64,000 nucleotides of DNA from Octopus vulgaris (lineage: Eukaryota). The notes under the pieces were generated by a model that had not been told where the DNA came from, did not search any database, and saw only the letters and a program-made list of their open reading frames with translations. Shown in pieces: positions 28,691 through 42,993 of the stretch. The translations under genes and the position numbers were made by a program. The stretch spans positions 19,840,001 to 19,904,000 of the forward strand of contig OX597843.1 in assembly GCA_951406725.2 (NCBI GenBank), written 5' to 3'. Position 1 is the first letter of the stretch. Each line of letters opens with the position of its first letter.

Positions 28691-29609
28691 CCAGTATACG
28701 GCGACCATACTGGAGTATCACATTAAAGAGTATTACTCGAACAAATCGAACTCATTACTTATTTTTATAAAGTTTACTACTTATTCTATCAGTCCCTTTT
28801 GCTGAAGCGTTAATTTGCAGAGACGCAAAGAGACCACCACCTTTGAGCTTGTGTTTGTCCCCTTACCATCCCTTGACAATATATATGTATATATATCTAA
28901 TACATCAAATCTGTCCCGTCTGTTTGTGCGCTTATAACTCGAGTATTTTTTATCCGATCGCACTGTAATTTTAAACATGGGCACATGAGAGAGCAGGGCG
29001 TTCTGTAATCTAAAATGATTTTGAAAATTGCTGGTTTCAAAATAAGAATCGCTATTTTTGTAATCTTTTCGTCCTGTTTTTCCGCCATTAAAAGCAACGA
29101 GTTTGTTCAGAGAGCCAGCACATACCATTTAGCTAGCAACAAGTGGCGTACATGATGACAGTCAGCCAAAACCATCGCTATGCTGTCTCTCTTCTTTCCT
29201 CTCTCTGTCTCTCTTATGATGTCCGATTCCACTTGAAGTTGTATATATATTGTGTTAAGATTCGTTTTCAATCATTTATCCTTATGGAGAAGAAACAGAC
29301 AAAAGTAACCACCACATACAATAAAGAAACATCACCACTACTTTACACCGTCCAAGTTAACCCTCTTCACTTTTGCACATGGCATGAAAAACTACGCAAA
29401 AAAGAGAAAAGATCAATTGCTATTAAAACAGCTAACATTTTGGGGTTAATAACCTTAACCTTTAGTTACAGTTTCTCATTCAAACTACATAATGGGTAGG
29501 ATTTTTGAGGGAGATTTGGCTGCTATTTCCCCTAGCTAAATTGTAGAGGTCTGCTTCATTGGCTCAAACATAAATATATACATACATATATACATAAAAT
29601 CGAAATAAA

Positions 29610-29800
29610 ATACTTAAAGCAACAGATGTCAAATAGAAAAGCCAAGGTCCATGCAGTGTCATGGGCCAAAAAATTTCCAACTTCTTGCCTAATGCGAGCC
29701 CAGAGCAATCTTTTATCTCTTACACTATTTCAGTATTACGTCTGTATTGTAATGCGAGATAATACTTTCAGTTTGAAAGAAGCCTATCCTATATATATTC
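29610..29800 (-). mobile_element. Possible hAT transposase fragment
   Basis: YNTDV.../RIRQEVGNFLAHDTAWTLAFLFDI resembles the hAT (Charlie/Buster) region after the RW motif. Confidence 0.4.
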
Positions 29801-30311
29801 CATATGCATTCCAAAACCGAATTACAGATTTTGACGTATGGGGTTTCACATGTCACAGATAAATTCCTCTATTTACATAATACTGAGGTCCCATTCATTA
29901 TTTTATTGGTATACCGCTACTATTAATATATATATGTAAGAGAAGGGATATAATATCAAAGCAGATAGCGAATGGCAAGGCTGGATCCTTCAGATGGTAG
30001 GTTTACGCTGAATGTCCTTTAGGTCCCAACCGATGTAACAGTTTATTTTTTGGCAACCTAGATATACAGTCTAATAATGATAATAATGGGATTGAGTTTA
30101 TATATTCAAATTGTTAATTCTCTCTGTCTCTCTCTCACTCTTTCTTTCTTTCATTCTATCTTTCTTTCTTTCTCTCTTTCGCTTTCTCTCTCACTCTCTC
30201 TCTCTCTACATATATACTTATTAATTGAAGATATACTCATTAAAATGTTATTTGTTATAAACATTTATATATGTATATGTTAGGGTGTGTGTGTGTGTAA
30301 GTACATGTATA

Positions 30312-33050
30312 TATAAAGAAGAATTGGATGCTCATATCAAGGAAACCTACAACGATCCGCACCGTAACCAGCCGCTGCCACCTCTACATGGGCTAAATCA
30401 TCTCTCAGGACCTGGTATCGAATTCCAGATTGGGGACATCAGGGAGAGAGAGGTGAATGACTTTGTAAGAAAAGCTAGAGCAAAGTGTGCCGCAGGAGGT
30501 GATGGCGTCTCATATAAAGCCTACAAGTACTGCAATCGTCTGCGAAAGAAACTCTTCGTTCTACTCCGAAAACTGTGGCGCAAGGAGACTATAGTAGAGG
30601 ATTGGTGTAAGGCAGAGGATTGGTGTAATATACCTGCCGAAAGAGGCCAATGCAAAGACCATAAAACAGTTAAGGCCGATATCCTTATTGAATGTGGAAG
30701 ACAAGATTTTTATGGGAATTCCGTCGAGGAGAACAGTGACATATTTACAGAGTAAATCTGTGAATCTGAGTAAATCTGTGAATCTGTTCAAAAGGCCGGA
30801 AACCCCGGGATCCCTGGATGCATTGAACACTGTTTTCGATTTGGAAAGCGATCCAGGACGCCAAACAGAAAAAGAAAAGTCTGAACGTGGTAAGGCTCGA
30901 CCTAGCTAACGCGTATGGTTCAGTGCCACACGAATTACTAATAACAGCCATGGACCACTTTCATATTCCTGACAAAGTGATCAAAATAATGAGGATGTAC
31001 TATGACAGTTTCGAAATGAGGTTTACACCTGGAAATTGTACAACAAATTGGCACCGATGATAGGTTGGCATTGCTGCTGGCTGTACAATATCTGTCACAT
31101 GGTTTTTCTTGGTCATGGAGTTGATTTTAAAAGGTGTAGATTTTCCGGAACAAATCGCCCATGTACAATCGCCTAAGAAAGCCTTCATGGATGACGTGTC
31201 ACTTCTAGCTACAGATAAACAAATCATGCAGAATGACCTCTTGAGATTAGACGAACTTGTAAGGTGGTCAAGGATGCGATTTAGAGCAAAAAAGTCGTGT
31301 AGTCTGACATTTGTTAAGGGAGTCAGAAAGAATTTAAGTTCCAGATATCTGAAGAAAGCATTCCAACAGTCAAGGAAGAGCCCGTCAAGAGCTTGGGACG
31401 AGTATACGCTGGAACATTGTCAGACAGAAGTCATGGGATTGAAATTATGAAACAGGCCGAGGCTGGGTTATCAGCGATTGATAATCCGAAGTTACCAGGT
31501 AAATATAAAATTTGGTGCTTGCAGTTCAGCTTGTACCCGCGACTTGCGTGGCCACTTTTAATATACGAAGTAGCATTGTCACGAGTTGAAAGCATTGAAA
31601 AAAAATATAATGTGTTCATTAGAAAGTGGCTAGGCCTACCTCGTATGTTGAACAACTCAGCTCTTTATCATAAAAGAGGTTCGTTGCAGCTACCAATAGC
31701 ATCAATATTCGAACTATATAAGCTGGGGAAGATACGGACGGTCATGATGCTGAGAGAATCGAAGGATATGGAAATCAGGCGTAACCCACCAGAGATGAAC
31801 ACAGCCAGGAAGTGGAAAGTAGAAGCAGAAACTGACGACATTTTGTCTTCTCTTATACACAGAGATATGGTGGGAACAACGCAGAATCATCGGAAAGGAC
31901 TTGGTTTTGGCGCAGATCAATTCAGACCGTTTGCAAGCATGATGAGGAGTGAACGCAGATCTGTTGTTAGCAACAGCGTCAAAACAAGAGAAGCAGAGAG
32001 AAGAGATCTTCATTTGATCCGATGTGTTCATCAAGGTCAGATGACGAGATGGGAAGAACATGTTGTTGAGAGGAAGATATGTTGGGATGAGATGTGAAAG
32101 TGGACGACATCTCGGCTGAGTTTCCTGATTCGTTCATCTTATGATGTTTTGCCATCACCTACGAATCTAGTAAGATGGAACGTCTTAGAGAATGTGGAAA
32201 GGTCGGTACACTAAAACATATTCTTTCCAACTGTTCATTAGCATTGAACAGGTATACATGGAGGCACAACTTGGTCCTTAAGGTTATCTTCAATGCTATA
32301 AAGAACGAAATTCATCTCAACAACACTGAGGAAAAACCGTTGAAAGTACCATCAAGAGATTTCATTACCTTCGTGCGACCAGGTCAGCGGATCCGTTTCA
32401 AGAAGTATGGTCAAGAAACTTCCTGAGAAAAATGAAAAGTGGAACGGCTATTGGGAGGTAACTGCAGATTTACCTGGGTGCCAGGTTTTCTTTTCCATCC
32501 CAGTTTCGAAAAAAACATATATTTTGATGTGGTGTGAAAGAAAGAAAGTTGTAAATATAGTCGAGCTAACGGTTCCTCATGAAGATAATATGAACGCCGC
32601 TCGGGCTCGAAAATTGAGCCGTTATGAAAACCTCCTCGAGGAATGTGAAGACGCAGGGTGGAAAGTGGAACATTTTCCTAGCGAAGTCGGATGTAGAGGG
32701 TTTGTTGGATACAGCGTGAGACGACTGTTGTTATCGCTAGGCCTAACTCATCGTAAAGTCAATACCACTATGACTGATATCCAATCTACAGTGGAGAAGG
32801 CTAGCCACTGGATTTGGTTAACAAGAGACGATGAGCGATGGCTAGAAGTATATTGAGTTTAACTTCATAACCAGCTGATCTAGCAAGCGGGGCCTCATAT
32901 CAGTGAGGGGGGCCGGTGCGAATTGATGCCGTCGAGAGGTAGGCCCCGAAACGGCGCGCATTCTCTCCTGATGACCCATACACTTGCTAGCTTCCGGTAT
33001 ACGGAGCTTTCAACTGGTAGCACGAGCATGTGCAAGTTGTTTGCAAGACA
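30312..33050 (+). mobile_element. 5'-truncated HERO-like RLE LINE pseudogene with 3' UTR
   Basis: RT LDLANAYGSVPH and KAFMDD. LPGKYKIWCLQF..PRLAWPLLIYEV, RKWLGLP, TLKHILSNC..RYTWRHN (CCHC) and VELTVPHE..EVGCRGF (RLE). Confidence 0.88.
32880..32990 (+). ncRNA. Permuted/pseudoknotted hammerhead-like structure in the HERO 3' UTR
   Basis: gccgUC(32928-33) pairs with GAAAcggc(32948-55). gagag(32934-38) pairs with cucuc(32963-67), followed by CUGAUGA(32968-74). ggggccu pairs with aggcccc and cuagcaag with cuugcuag. Confidence 0.6.
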
Positions 33051-33179
33051 TATATATATTCAAATAAATTCTCTCTCTCTGATCCACAGATCCAGTTCAC
33101 AGATCCTTGATGATCCTACTAATGGACAGTAAAGACACACGAAACCTAGAAAAAAACCTCTATGAATAAATTATGTAAA

Positions 33180-35340
33180 TGTCCCGCCCTGTGATTTTTA
33201 TTTGTTCCTCAAGATGAAGGAGTTGAAGGGGACTGTAACAGGGGTCCTGGAGACACTCCCTTTCAGATGAGATTTCAGCTTAGGCCTGTAGATTATTTTT
33301 CGAAAGCTGCACCGTGAGAGGTTCCACAGTTTAATGTGCCCCTTGGTTATCCAAACGGTAATCGATGCGAGATGAAGAACTGATTTTAGTATAAGTCATT
33401 TACGCAATTCGGTAGCTTAATAACACCTACGTTTGATAGGTCCGAAGACGTCAGTAGTAATACTGTTTGGAAACATGGCGGTTCTGTCCACTGACATGAC
33501 AGAGGTTCCTCTGTCAAGCATCATGTCTATGTTACCGTTGGTGAATGAATGAGGTTCAAACTAAGACTACGTCTGTCATATTGTTTCCTATGGCTTCAAC
33601 TCTATGCGTAAATTGAATGAAGTATGGGTGTTATGCCTTGTCAAAGTGCAATCCGTGTTTGGTCCAGTGCAATGTTTTATCCATATTCACCATACCCAAA
33701 CCCTAAACCTAACCCTATATTTAGAGGCTGTTCCCCATTCTATCACTTACAGTATACTCATATGCAATAACAAGCTATAGAAGAGTACCTCTCTGTTAAA
33801 TAATTTTGCTGAATTCAAATGTGGAATCCATTTTTTAGGATTACGTCTAGATTTGAAGATACCCAAACCCTCAATTTTCACTATTTTCCTCATATTTAAG
33901 GGGAAATATATTGGGAAATGTAGTACGAATGTCTATTATGGTTTATCGATTATTTTATTAAAGGTCTGGTGTAAACATCAGGTAATGAAATAATGGCCGC
34001 AACGAGCATTAGTCCCAGGGTATTTTAATGTGAATGAACAGACTTTAGTTCAGCTGGAGAAAATCATCCAACATCCACTTCTTATCAAGGAAGATTGCAA
34101 TTAAATACGATACTGGGCTATTGAGCTTCAGCACTAAGAAAACCATTCAAACACAAATTCATGAAAAAATAGGCATGAACAATAATGTAAACTGTCTGTA
34201 GAAATTTAGAGATATTTGCTAGCTTTTCAATAGAAGTTCAAAAAAACCTAGCTTTGAAGACAATGCAATTTCTATGTATATTAGTACGTTCTTCATAAGC
34301 TGGTTTATTCGAAAACAAAACAAAGACATTCTGTGGATCCAGTATCTTACAATTCTGATGTGATCGTATTAAATTGATGTCCGTTTCGGATTCTGTGTGT
34401 CAAAAGACTCCCAGTTCGTCTCCAGTTATTTCGTTCGCCTGACGATATTCCCAAAGTATTGTCTTGAATAAAGTTTAAATTGTTTATACACCAAGAACGG
34501 GGATATATATATTCATAGCGTTGAATAAGGACAGATTTCATATTTTCTTTCGGGTAGGAGTAAAGCAGGCTTGAAACCGATTCACAGGATGACCAAGTCT
34601 AGAGGAAGGAGAAAAGATGGTATTCTTCAACTGAAGAATGTTTAAGACAAGTATGGAATTCACTAGAGGCACTTAAAATTACTAGGTGGCGGTTTTGAAC
34701 AGAGATGTGGTTTAAGACTACCATTGAAATAGGCCATTAGAGACAGAGAAAGGATACAGCATAGCCGTGGACACGGTGTTGAAACACGGTCATTTGTAAT
34801 GGGCTGAAGATTAGGCAAGTGTCCCTCACAACCTTACTTGAAAACTTACACTTCGTTGAGCATTATTAGCAGTGAAGGTCTTTCTTGGCGAAAGTAGATC
34901 CTTTGCATAGCTAGTACGGTATTTTAAAGTCCAATCCTTCTCTTTGCAGCCAAAACTTCAGACCATTTACAATGCTCAAGTGAAGCACACAATGAAGAAA
35001 TCTTTCTACATCTGGAACGGTGATACACATCCGGGATTGCATCGAAAGAAGGGTGACGTGGCTAAATTTTACTCTATCCCTAACAGACATACTCTAACAG
35101 CTATCTCGCAGGCAGGATATCTCTTCTCTTTGTTTTGCCACTGTCACTGTCATGCTACAGATTCTTGTAGGAGTTGGCTGAGCTCTTGACCCCACCAAGC
35201 ACGTACTACCGACTCACTCGTCTATTCCATTGCTCCTCGATCTTAAACATCAGTTCGTTTTCAGTATGAACCACTGTGCTAAACACTTCAACCCCTTCAT
35301 CATTCCTGTAAATGTTGGCCTGTAGCAGCTTAAACAGAAC
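33180..35340 (-). mobile_element. Heavily decayed APE-type LINE ORF2
   Basis: Only faint traces: an N-terminal LLQANI-like endonuclease start near 35330, and RT-like GV..G..L..FN.FI near 33210-33260. Confidence 0.35.
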
Positions 35341-35599
35341 GTCCATGGTATCTATCTCAGATTTCATTCAATTCGCGCTTAAATTATGAAAGATGAAAAT
35401 ATCTAACTTATTAAACAGAACATTGATTTTGCTATTCCACATCTTCAGATTTACGAGGTTTAAAGAATAGCATTAAAAAAACATTGCTATTTGCTTTACA
35501 TTAGGATTTCTCAAATGGTGAAAACGTTCCAAATTTGTTGACAAATGGGACTGATCGAATGAATCGATGCAGTTTAGTATTTGAATATTTGATTAAAAC

Positions 35600-35862
35600 T
35601 TGAAGTGATTAATGCTGTGATGCGAAGAGCGAGAGAAAAGATGGAGTAGAGGGAAAAAGCGGGTAAGGTGAAGAGCGAGAGAAAAACAGGCAGAGAGAAA
35701 AGGAGGGAGAGAAAAAGAGGGTAAGAGAAGCGTCTATGACGTGTGGTAGGGGGAACGTAATAACTATTACGTTTAAAATGTTAGTTGAAGGTAGTGATAT
35801 AGAGGAGAGTGAGAAACAGAATTGTAGCAGAGGATCGATGCTCTGATGGTGAGATTAAAGAT

Positions 35863-35903
<41 letters not shown>

Positions 35904-36305
35904 GATGATGAATGTGTTGGTGGTGTTAGTGGTGGTGGTGGTGGAGGTTGCGTTGGTGAGTGTATGTGAAGAGTGTAATGTTTTTAATTGATATATTTTT
36001 TTAATACCACCTATTACTTAAAGCATGCGCATAAGTGCAATCGTCTGCTCGCTTGAAAAATGTTATTTGTTTATAAACCAAAGATGAGAGACGATGTAAT
36101 CGAACAACAGAAAGAATGAAACCAAATGGGCAATGGCACCAAGAGAAGCAGAGGGTCTTATCCAGAAGGACTGAAGGTGTTTTAAAACGACAATTATGTA
36201 GAATATACAATTTATAAAGGAGCGCTAATTTTTATGTCTCCACATAAACTTACAACCATCTAAAAACTTTCGCATTTTCCGCGGAATTTCTACGGGTGCT
36301 GCTAA
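35600..36305 (+). mobile_element. Short non-autonomous Helitron family A derivative
   Basis: 35700-36040 aligns with 11010-11350. Ends in hairpin ccgcggaatttctacgg then gctaa, like the hairpin at 27779. Confidence 0.6.
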
Positions 36306-36676
36306 TGTATTAAAGAATTACTCTGCTAATGCTGCTCCATCTCTCCAGACGTGAAATCTTTTAAAAACACTTAAAAATTACATAAGTTTTCAGGTGAATC
36401 GAGACATATTCATCAGCAGAAACTTCACCTGAACTTGCATAATTCTTCAGGACTAATAATTGATATGTGTTTACTGTTTGTGATGGCGTAAATTTCACTT
36501 ATGACATTCTATTACAAATAAAATTTTCTTAAGTTGCTCATACAACACTTTTTCGCATTCTTCATTTACGTATTTTAAGAATTTGACAGTTTGAGCGCAT
36601 TTCTTTATTATCCGCACTTTAAACCGTCTATATAACTTTTAATTGCATAAATAATTATTTCTTCTCTCTCTCTTTG

Positions 36677-36760
<84 letters not shown>

Positions 36761-36763
<3 letters not shown>

Positions 36764-37100
36764 CGTAGGAGTGGCTGTGTGGTAAGTATCTTGCTTACGA
36801 ACCACATGGTTCTGGGTTCAGTCCCACTTTGTGGCACCTTAGGCAAGTGTCTTCTGCTATAACCTCAGGCCGACCAAAGATTTGTGAGTAGATTTCATTG
36901 ACAGAAACTGAAAGAAGCCTGTCGTATGTAAGTATATATATTTATGTATGTGTGTATGTATATGTTTGTGTGTCTGTGTTTGTCTTCCCAACATCGCCTG
37001 ACAACCGATACTGGTGTGTTTACGTCTTAGCGGTTCAGAAAAAGAAACCGATAGAATAAGTACTAGGCTTACAAAGAATAAGTTCTGAGGTCGATTTGAT
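36761..37100 (+). mobile_element. Octopus-type tRNA-derived SINE after (TA)n
   Basis: aggagtggctgtgtggtaag...gggttcagtcccac..., homologous to 58775-59198. Confidence 0.85.
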
Positions 37101-37119
37101 CGATGTTTCTTTATCTCTC

Positions 37120-38210
37120 TCCCCTTAATACCACTCGCGGTACAAAATTGATCAGTGTGTCCAATCTCAGCAAAATCCGAAGAAAAATGGTAAGGTTATA
37201 TCATAAAACAGATTCCATGTGACCATTTACACGAAAATATCCCATTGACATTTAAATCTTAGTACATTATATGAATAACGGATGTTTCATACGTCGAAGT
37301 GCTTAATTTTGCTCACGGTTTAAATTTTCTTCAAAATCAGTTCATTATTTTATTGTGAATGATTTGAGGATTTCCGCTTCTCGCTTGGTTTAATTTTAAT
37401 TCTTGTACATGTCTCCGACATTAAACTTTCCCTAAAAGTGAAAGTTCATCAAAATCGGATGAATTCTGTAAAAGTTACTGTATAAAATATTAATCCTATG
37501 GGTGATTGCATGCAAAAACCCTATTGATTTCTTAAAATCTCCTCTGCTCACGCGCAGATATCGATTATTTGTCAACTCTTCATGCTGGCATCAACTAATA
37601 CACATGAACTATAATCACGTATAAAATTTCTATAAAATCGATAAGAATGTGTCTAAGAATATGCTTATTTGCATTTATGCCTATTTCAAGCCATTTTGAA
37701 TTAAATAAATACCTTTCACCCTCTCCCCCACCAATCATTTACCTATATCTCAAATTTCATTAAAATCGGATAAAAAACATGAAATTTACGGCCAAAAACA
37801 AAGCCCCTACTGGTATTTGCACTCTAAACATCTATTGATTTTAGAAAGCTACTGACCTGGCGCAATTAGTGATTTTTCAACGTCATATGCTGAGATCAAC
37901 TTAATGCCGTCAGCAAAAGCTGCAGGATAAATAACATCGTTATGAGAATATGAAAGGTTACCGAACAAACTATTTAAAATATCGCCATCGTTCTTAAATT
38001 ACGTTTCACTTTTCGTTTGAAAAGAAAGAAAGTGTGGATTATAATGGTGGTCGCTGAATTAAATGCGTCGTTCAAAAGCATTGGCCAAAATCGGTACCGA
38101 TTGGGATAGGGGATGTGAAAAAATCAACACACATTAAAACAATTTCTAAAGAGCTTCCTGCCATCATCTGCAACGTTGAGGTGGAAAAAATGGAAAATCC
38201 TCACCATAAC
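37120..38210 (+). repeat. Second copy of the unclassified interspersed repeat (see 21680-22738)
   Basis: Collinear homology, for example ggtacaaaatt...cagtgtgtccaatct and aaaatcggtaccgattgggat. Confidence 0.75.
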
Positions 38211-39399
38211 GTAAAAAAGGTATCTTATGTGGGAATGCTGTACCCAAAATGTACCAAAATATTCTGTTGTGGGATACGCCTTGGAACGAAGAGATATTCA
38301 TCTAGAGATATATATATATAGATATATGCGTATGTGTGTGTAGGGAATGGCGTAGACACAATCCAGGCTACATAAGCTTCATAGCTAAGAGAACCACGAA
38401 AGTAGCATATTATCCTAACATGGGGTATACCACAAGCTACTCTTCAGTCAAAGGATATCTTGATTATGTGTAGTTTACATTCTCGTTAGAATCCCCGTGT
38501 AAACTCGTTGGGAATTTGATCAAAATGCAAAGAAAGGACAGTTCGGGAGGAAAACAGTTGAGCAGAAGGAAAATGCAAATAAAATACCAGAAATCCTATG
38601 TATAAGAATGAGAACGTTTGTTACTGATTAAGGAGTGTACGAAGACAAGGTTTGATATGGAAATTGGCTGGCGAGTGTCTTTATGCACGTATTCCGGGGT
38701 CATTCACGGGTCCGTTGTAGGATAGATAAGTAAACATATTGTAGCCTTATATATAGCCATTTAAAACAGAATTATAGGATGAAGATATAGGTGTAGTATT
38801 TGAAGTGGATAGAGTGGTGTTTGAAGGAGAGGAAGGCGGAAGATAGTGTATTTACGTTGTAAAATAGTAGACCACGGTTTGCTCGTCGAGTTAGTAGAAC
38901 TAATTATGCTTTAAAATCTAAGGACGGCGAGTGAAGTGGGAGATAGTAGTAGTAGTAGCTTTCATCTGAGATTATTATGTGAGTCCGTATTAGTTCACAC
39001 GCGCGTATAAGGTGTGCGTCTGTAGAATCTAGTAGCTGTGTCCGCGTGCCAGGGTCTTTGTATATTATCATATACTGAGGGATGTGTGTAGAGAGAGAAG
39101 AGTTGAGAAAATTTATGACGTATACACGATAAGGAAAACAGGTTGGGAATTAAAAAATGAAACAATAAAATGTTTAGGAAATGTAAAGGTAGATAAACAG
39201 TTGTTTACTGCATCGATATATGGAGCAGGATATCAGTTGAGGTGCAAGGCAATTAGTTAGGGGATGACACAGGGGTGGGTGGGGTATTGTTGCTATTTGG
39301 ACTTAGAATATGAATTGCATAATTTGTGTCGAGAAGTAAATATTATGCTATCCCGTTCATTTCAAATATTTCCTTAATGCGGGCAGTGATGAAACCCGT

Positions 39400-42300
39400 T
39401 TGGATACGATAACTACGACAGAGTTTAGGAGACCTGGCGTTGTGGTTGGTCGAAAAGTTGGCGTATTTGAGGTTCTCCTTAAGTTTTTGTCATGGGTGGA
39501 AGCTGACTGTCCTTTGTTTCGGAAACCTATCGGTCATACGACTGCCTGCAGTACCCCCTACTGTTTCCCCTTTGGAGAGGATGGCAACAGCTTTCACCAA
39601 CGCCATGTTGATCCAATCACGGGTGCTGAATTAACCAAGGCTGTTTCCTGCAAGGAATTCTATGCCTTCCGTCTTATGGTCAGAGAAGGTCAGTTCAACC
39701 AACTACTACGGTACAAGGAAGTCACAAATCAATTCTTGGTTGACATGTTTGCCAAGGCTGAAGGTGAAAGGCTTCTTTGTATTCGTTAAAATCAAAAGAA
39801 ATTGCGTGTGGATCGATATCTTACCGTTCATGTCCAGCTGTATGTTAATGCAAGAAACATTGGCCTTCCGGTGATACGTCCTTCCAGCCATACCGGGTCT
39901 CGACGGTATATGCATCAGCGGACACAGGATGCCATGGCATATGTCCGTAAATTTAGCGAACCTGACCTCTTCATCGCCTTTACGTGCAACTCAACTTGGC
40001 GAGAGATAAAGGAAAACTTATTCGAGGGCCAGGCTGCATGCGACAGGCACGACTTAGTGGCCAGAGTTTTCCACGGAAAATTGCAGAAATGTATGTGGCT
40101 ATTGAAACATGATGCTGTCTACAGAAAACTTAACTCGTGGATGTATATTGTAGAATGGCAAAAGCGGGGTCTTCCACACGCCCATATACTGATTTGGTGT
40201 CAAGAAAGAATCAGACCTGCGGACATAGATAAGATTATATGTGTAGAGCTGCCTGACCCTAATGTCAACTTGCAGGTATTCCAAATAGTGTCGGCGCATA
40301 TGACACACGGGCCCTGTGGTGTCTTGAATACTAATTCTCCGTGTAATGAAAAAAATAGATGTTCAAATAACCATCCCAGGGCTTTCAACAGGGCTATATG
40401 TACTGGTATTGATGGCTACCCAATTTACTGACGACGTGCCCCTGGCATTGGAGGAATTTCAGCGCAAAGAGGATAAAGAGCAAAGACATTGCCTTCAACA
40501 ACATTATGGTTGTTCCCTACAGCCCTGTCTCCCTTAAAAACTTCAACGCCCACATCAACGTTGAATCTTGCACCTCGATTAAAGGCAAAGTACATATGCA
40601 AACATGTAAACAAGGGCAGCGACATGGCTGCTTTGGGTGAGCAGGATGAAGAGACAGCCAACGATGAAATCCTTCAATATTTCGTCTAATATGGCGGCAT
40701 GGCGCATTTTAGGTTTGGATATTCACCAGTCCGCTGCATCTGTTTTTGGCTAGATGTACACTTAGAAAATAGGCAACGTGTTTACTTCACTTGGACTAAC
40801 AAAAAATGTCAAAGGCGGCGTCAGGGTGTGCGAATCGACAATGAGGTCGGCGAGGTAATCTACAAAGGAAACATGATCGGTCGTGTCCACACTGTACACC
40901 CAAAGGATCAGGAGTGCTTTTTTGCGGATGATTCTGTTTCATATGAAAGACCCAACATCATTTGCCCACGTCAGATCATTCGAAGGACAAATGTGTTGCA
41001 CTTACAGGGAAGCTTGCTTGCGACGGTGACTACTCGAGGATGAGGGTCTCTGGAACACGGCATTGCAAGAGGCCTCTGAATGCAGGACACCAGAAGCAAT
41101 GCGCCGAATATTTTGTCTCATCTTGCTATTCAGTAATGTGTCTAACCCTCTTCATTTCTGGGACACATTTAAAGATAGTTTTTCCGAAGATTATCTCCGA
41201 CGACTTCAAGCCGAAGATCCAACGGCTGGATTCGACCTCAATAACGTCATCTACAACACAGCCCTCCTCGATTTGCAATCGCGACTGCAAGCTATGGGAG
41301 GAGTTGGCGTCCTCAGATTTCAGCCGGCCGTCTCCGCGGGATATTTCAACTGCTTTAGCTGCTGAGTACATGCGAGAGATGAGCTACAACACGCAGGAAA
41401 TGGTGGTGCAGGTTGCTCAGGACGAGCCTACACTTTTGGAAGTACAGAGAATTGAATACAATAGGTTCCTCACCAGTGGCAATTCCAACAAAGGACGAAT
41501 TTTTTTTCTTGGATGCTCCCGGCAGAACCGGAAAAACTTTTCACATGAACCTCCTACTCGCCAAAATTCGTCAGAAAATCCGAATTCTTATAGCGGTTGC
41601 ATCCAGCGGCATCGCAGCAACTCTACTGCATGACGGTCGTACGGCACACTCAGCATTCAAATTACCACTAGACTTGACCAAACAGGGAAATCCAACTTGC
41701 AATGTTAGTCGCGGCTCAGCCATGGGGAATCTTCTCACTGAGTGCAGCCTTATCATTTCGGATGAGGAAGCCATGTGTTATAAGGCAGAATTTGAGGCGC
41801 TCGAGCGGTTCTTCAAGACCTGAGACGGAACATGAGAGTGATGGGTGGAGTGATTGTTCTGCTTGCTGGCAACTTCCGACAAACTCTACCTGTCATTCCA
41901 CGGGGGACAAGAGCTGACGAGGTAAATGCTTCCATAAAATCATCCTACTTATGGCACCACAGCGAGAAACTTCACCTGACTACGAACATGAGAGTTCACG
42001 TGTTTGGCGACGAAAATGCGGCCACATTCTCGGCGCAGCTTCTCGATGTTAGTAATGGAACTGTAGCTGGTGATACTGATGGTTTCATCCATTTACCATT
42101 TGGTAACATCGTGCCTACCAAAGATGATTTGATTTCTGCAATTTTTCCTGACATTGCAAGCCAAAGCCTTCACACAACTTGCCTACAAGAAGAGCAATTT
42201 TGGCGCCTCACAACAAAACAGTCGACGCTATCAATAATAAAGTTTTTGATCTGCTTCCTGGAGAAAAACTCTCCTTCAAGTCCATTGACACGCATGAAAA

Positions 42301-42945
42301 CCCGGAGGATATGTCCGTTTTCATAACAGAATTTCTTAATTCCCAAACGCCCACAGGAATTCCGCCTCTGGAACTCCATCTCAAGGTTGGCGCCCCATCA
42401 TGCTGCTGCGGAATCTGGATGCTCAAATAATATGTAACGGCACACGGATGATAATAAAAAATATATACTCCCGAGTTCTGCAGGCAACCATATTGAATGG
42501 ACCAGCCACTGTTCAAGATGTTCTTATAACCCCAATGTCCCTCACTCCCTTCGATACGATCTACAAGTTTAAGCGGTTTCAATTTCCTATCAACATCACC
42601 TTTGCAATGACAATATATAAGGCAGAGGGTCAATCATTGCAAATGGTTGGTTTAAATCTCACAGAGCAAGTATTCTCGCACGGTGAACTCTCTGTTTGAT
42701 GCTCCCATGTTGGCAGCAAACAAAGTCTAGACATTTGCGCATCAGAAGGGAAAACGAGAAATGTTGCCTACAAAGAAGCGCTCCACTGAAAAGATGGCAT
42801 TTCTTCACATCTTTCAAATCACCCCAGTCATCTGCCGCCTCAAAAGCTTCGTAGTCACCGTGCCAGCCAACGTAACTCAATGACACACACCTTAACTCAT
42901 TCACCCTATCTCTCTTTCTCACTCTCTTTCTCTCTCTCACACACA

Positions 42946-42993
<48 letters not shown>

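Noticed and set aside
30596-30786. Two 18-bp tandem duplications inside the HERO ORF
   Set aside because: Ordinary slippage-type decay in a dead element with no sign of function.
33095-33150. UUGAUGA...GAAAccuag as another hammerhead
   Set aside because: No cleavage triplet or stem I partner could be found downstream.
33695-33717. Telomere-like ccctaa/cctaa motifs
   Set aside because: Only two or three imperfect units, too short to call an interstitial telomeric array.
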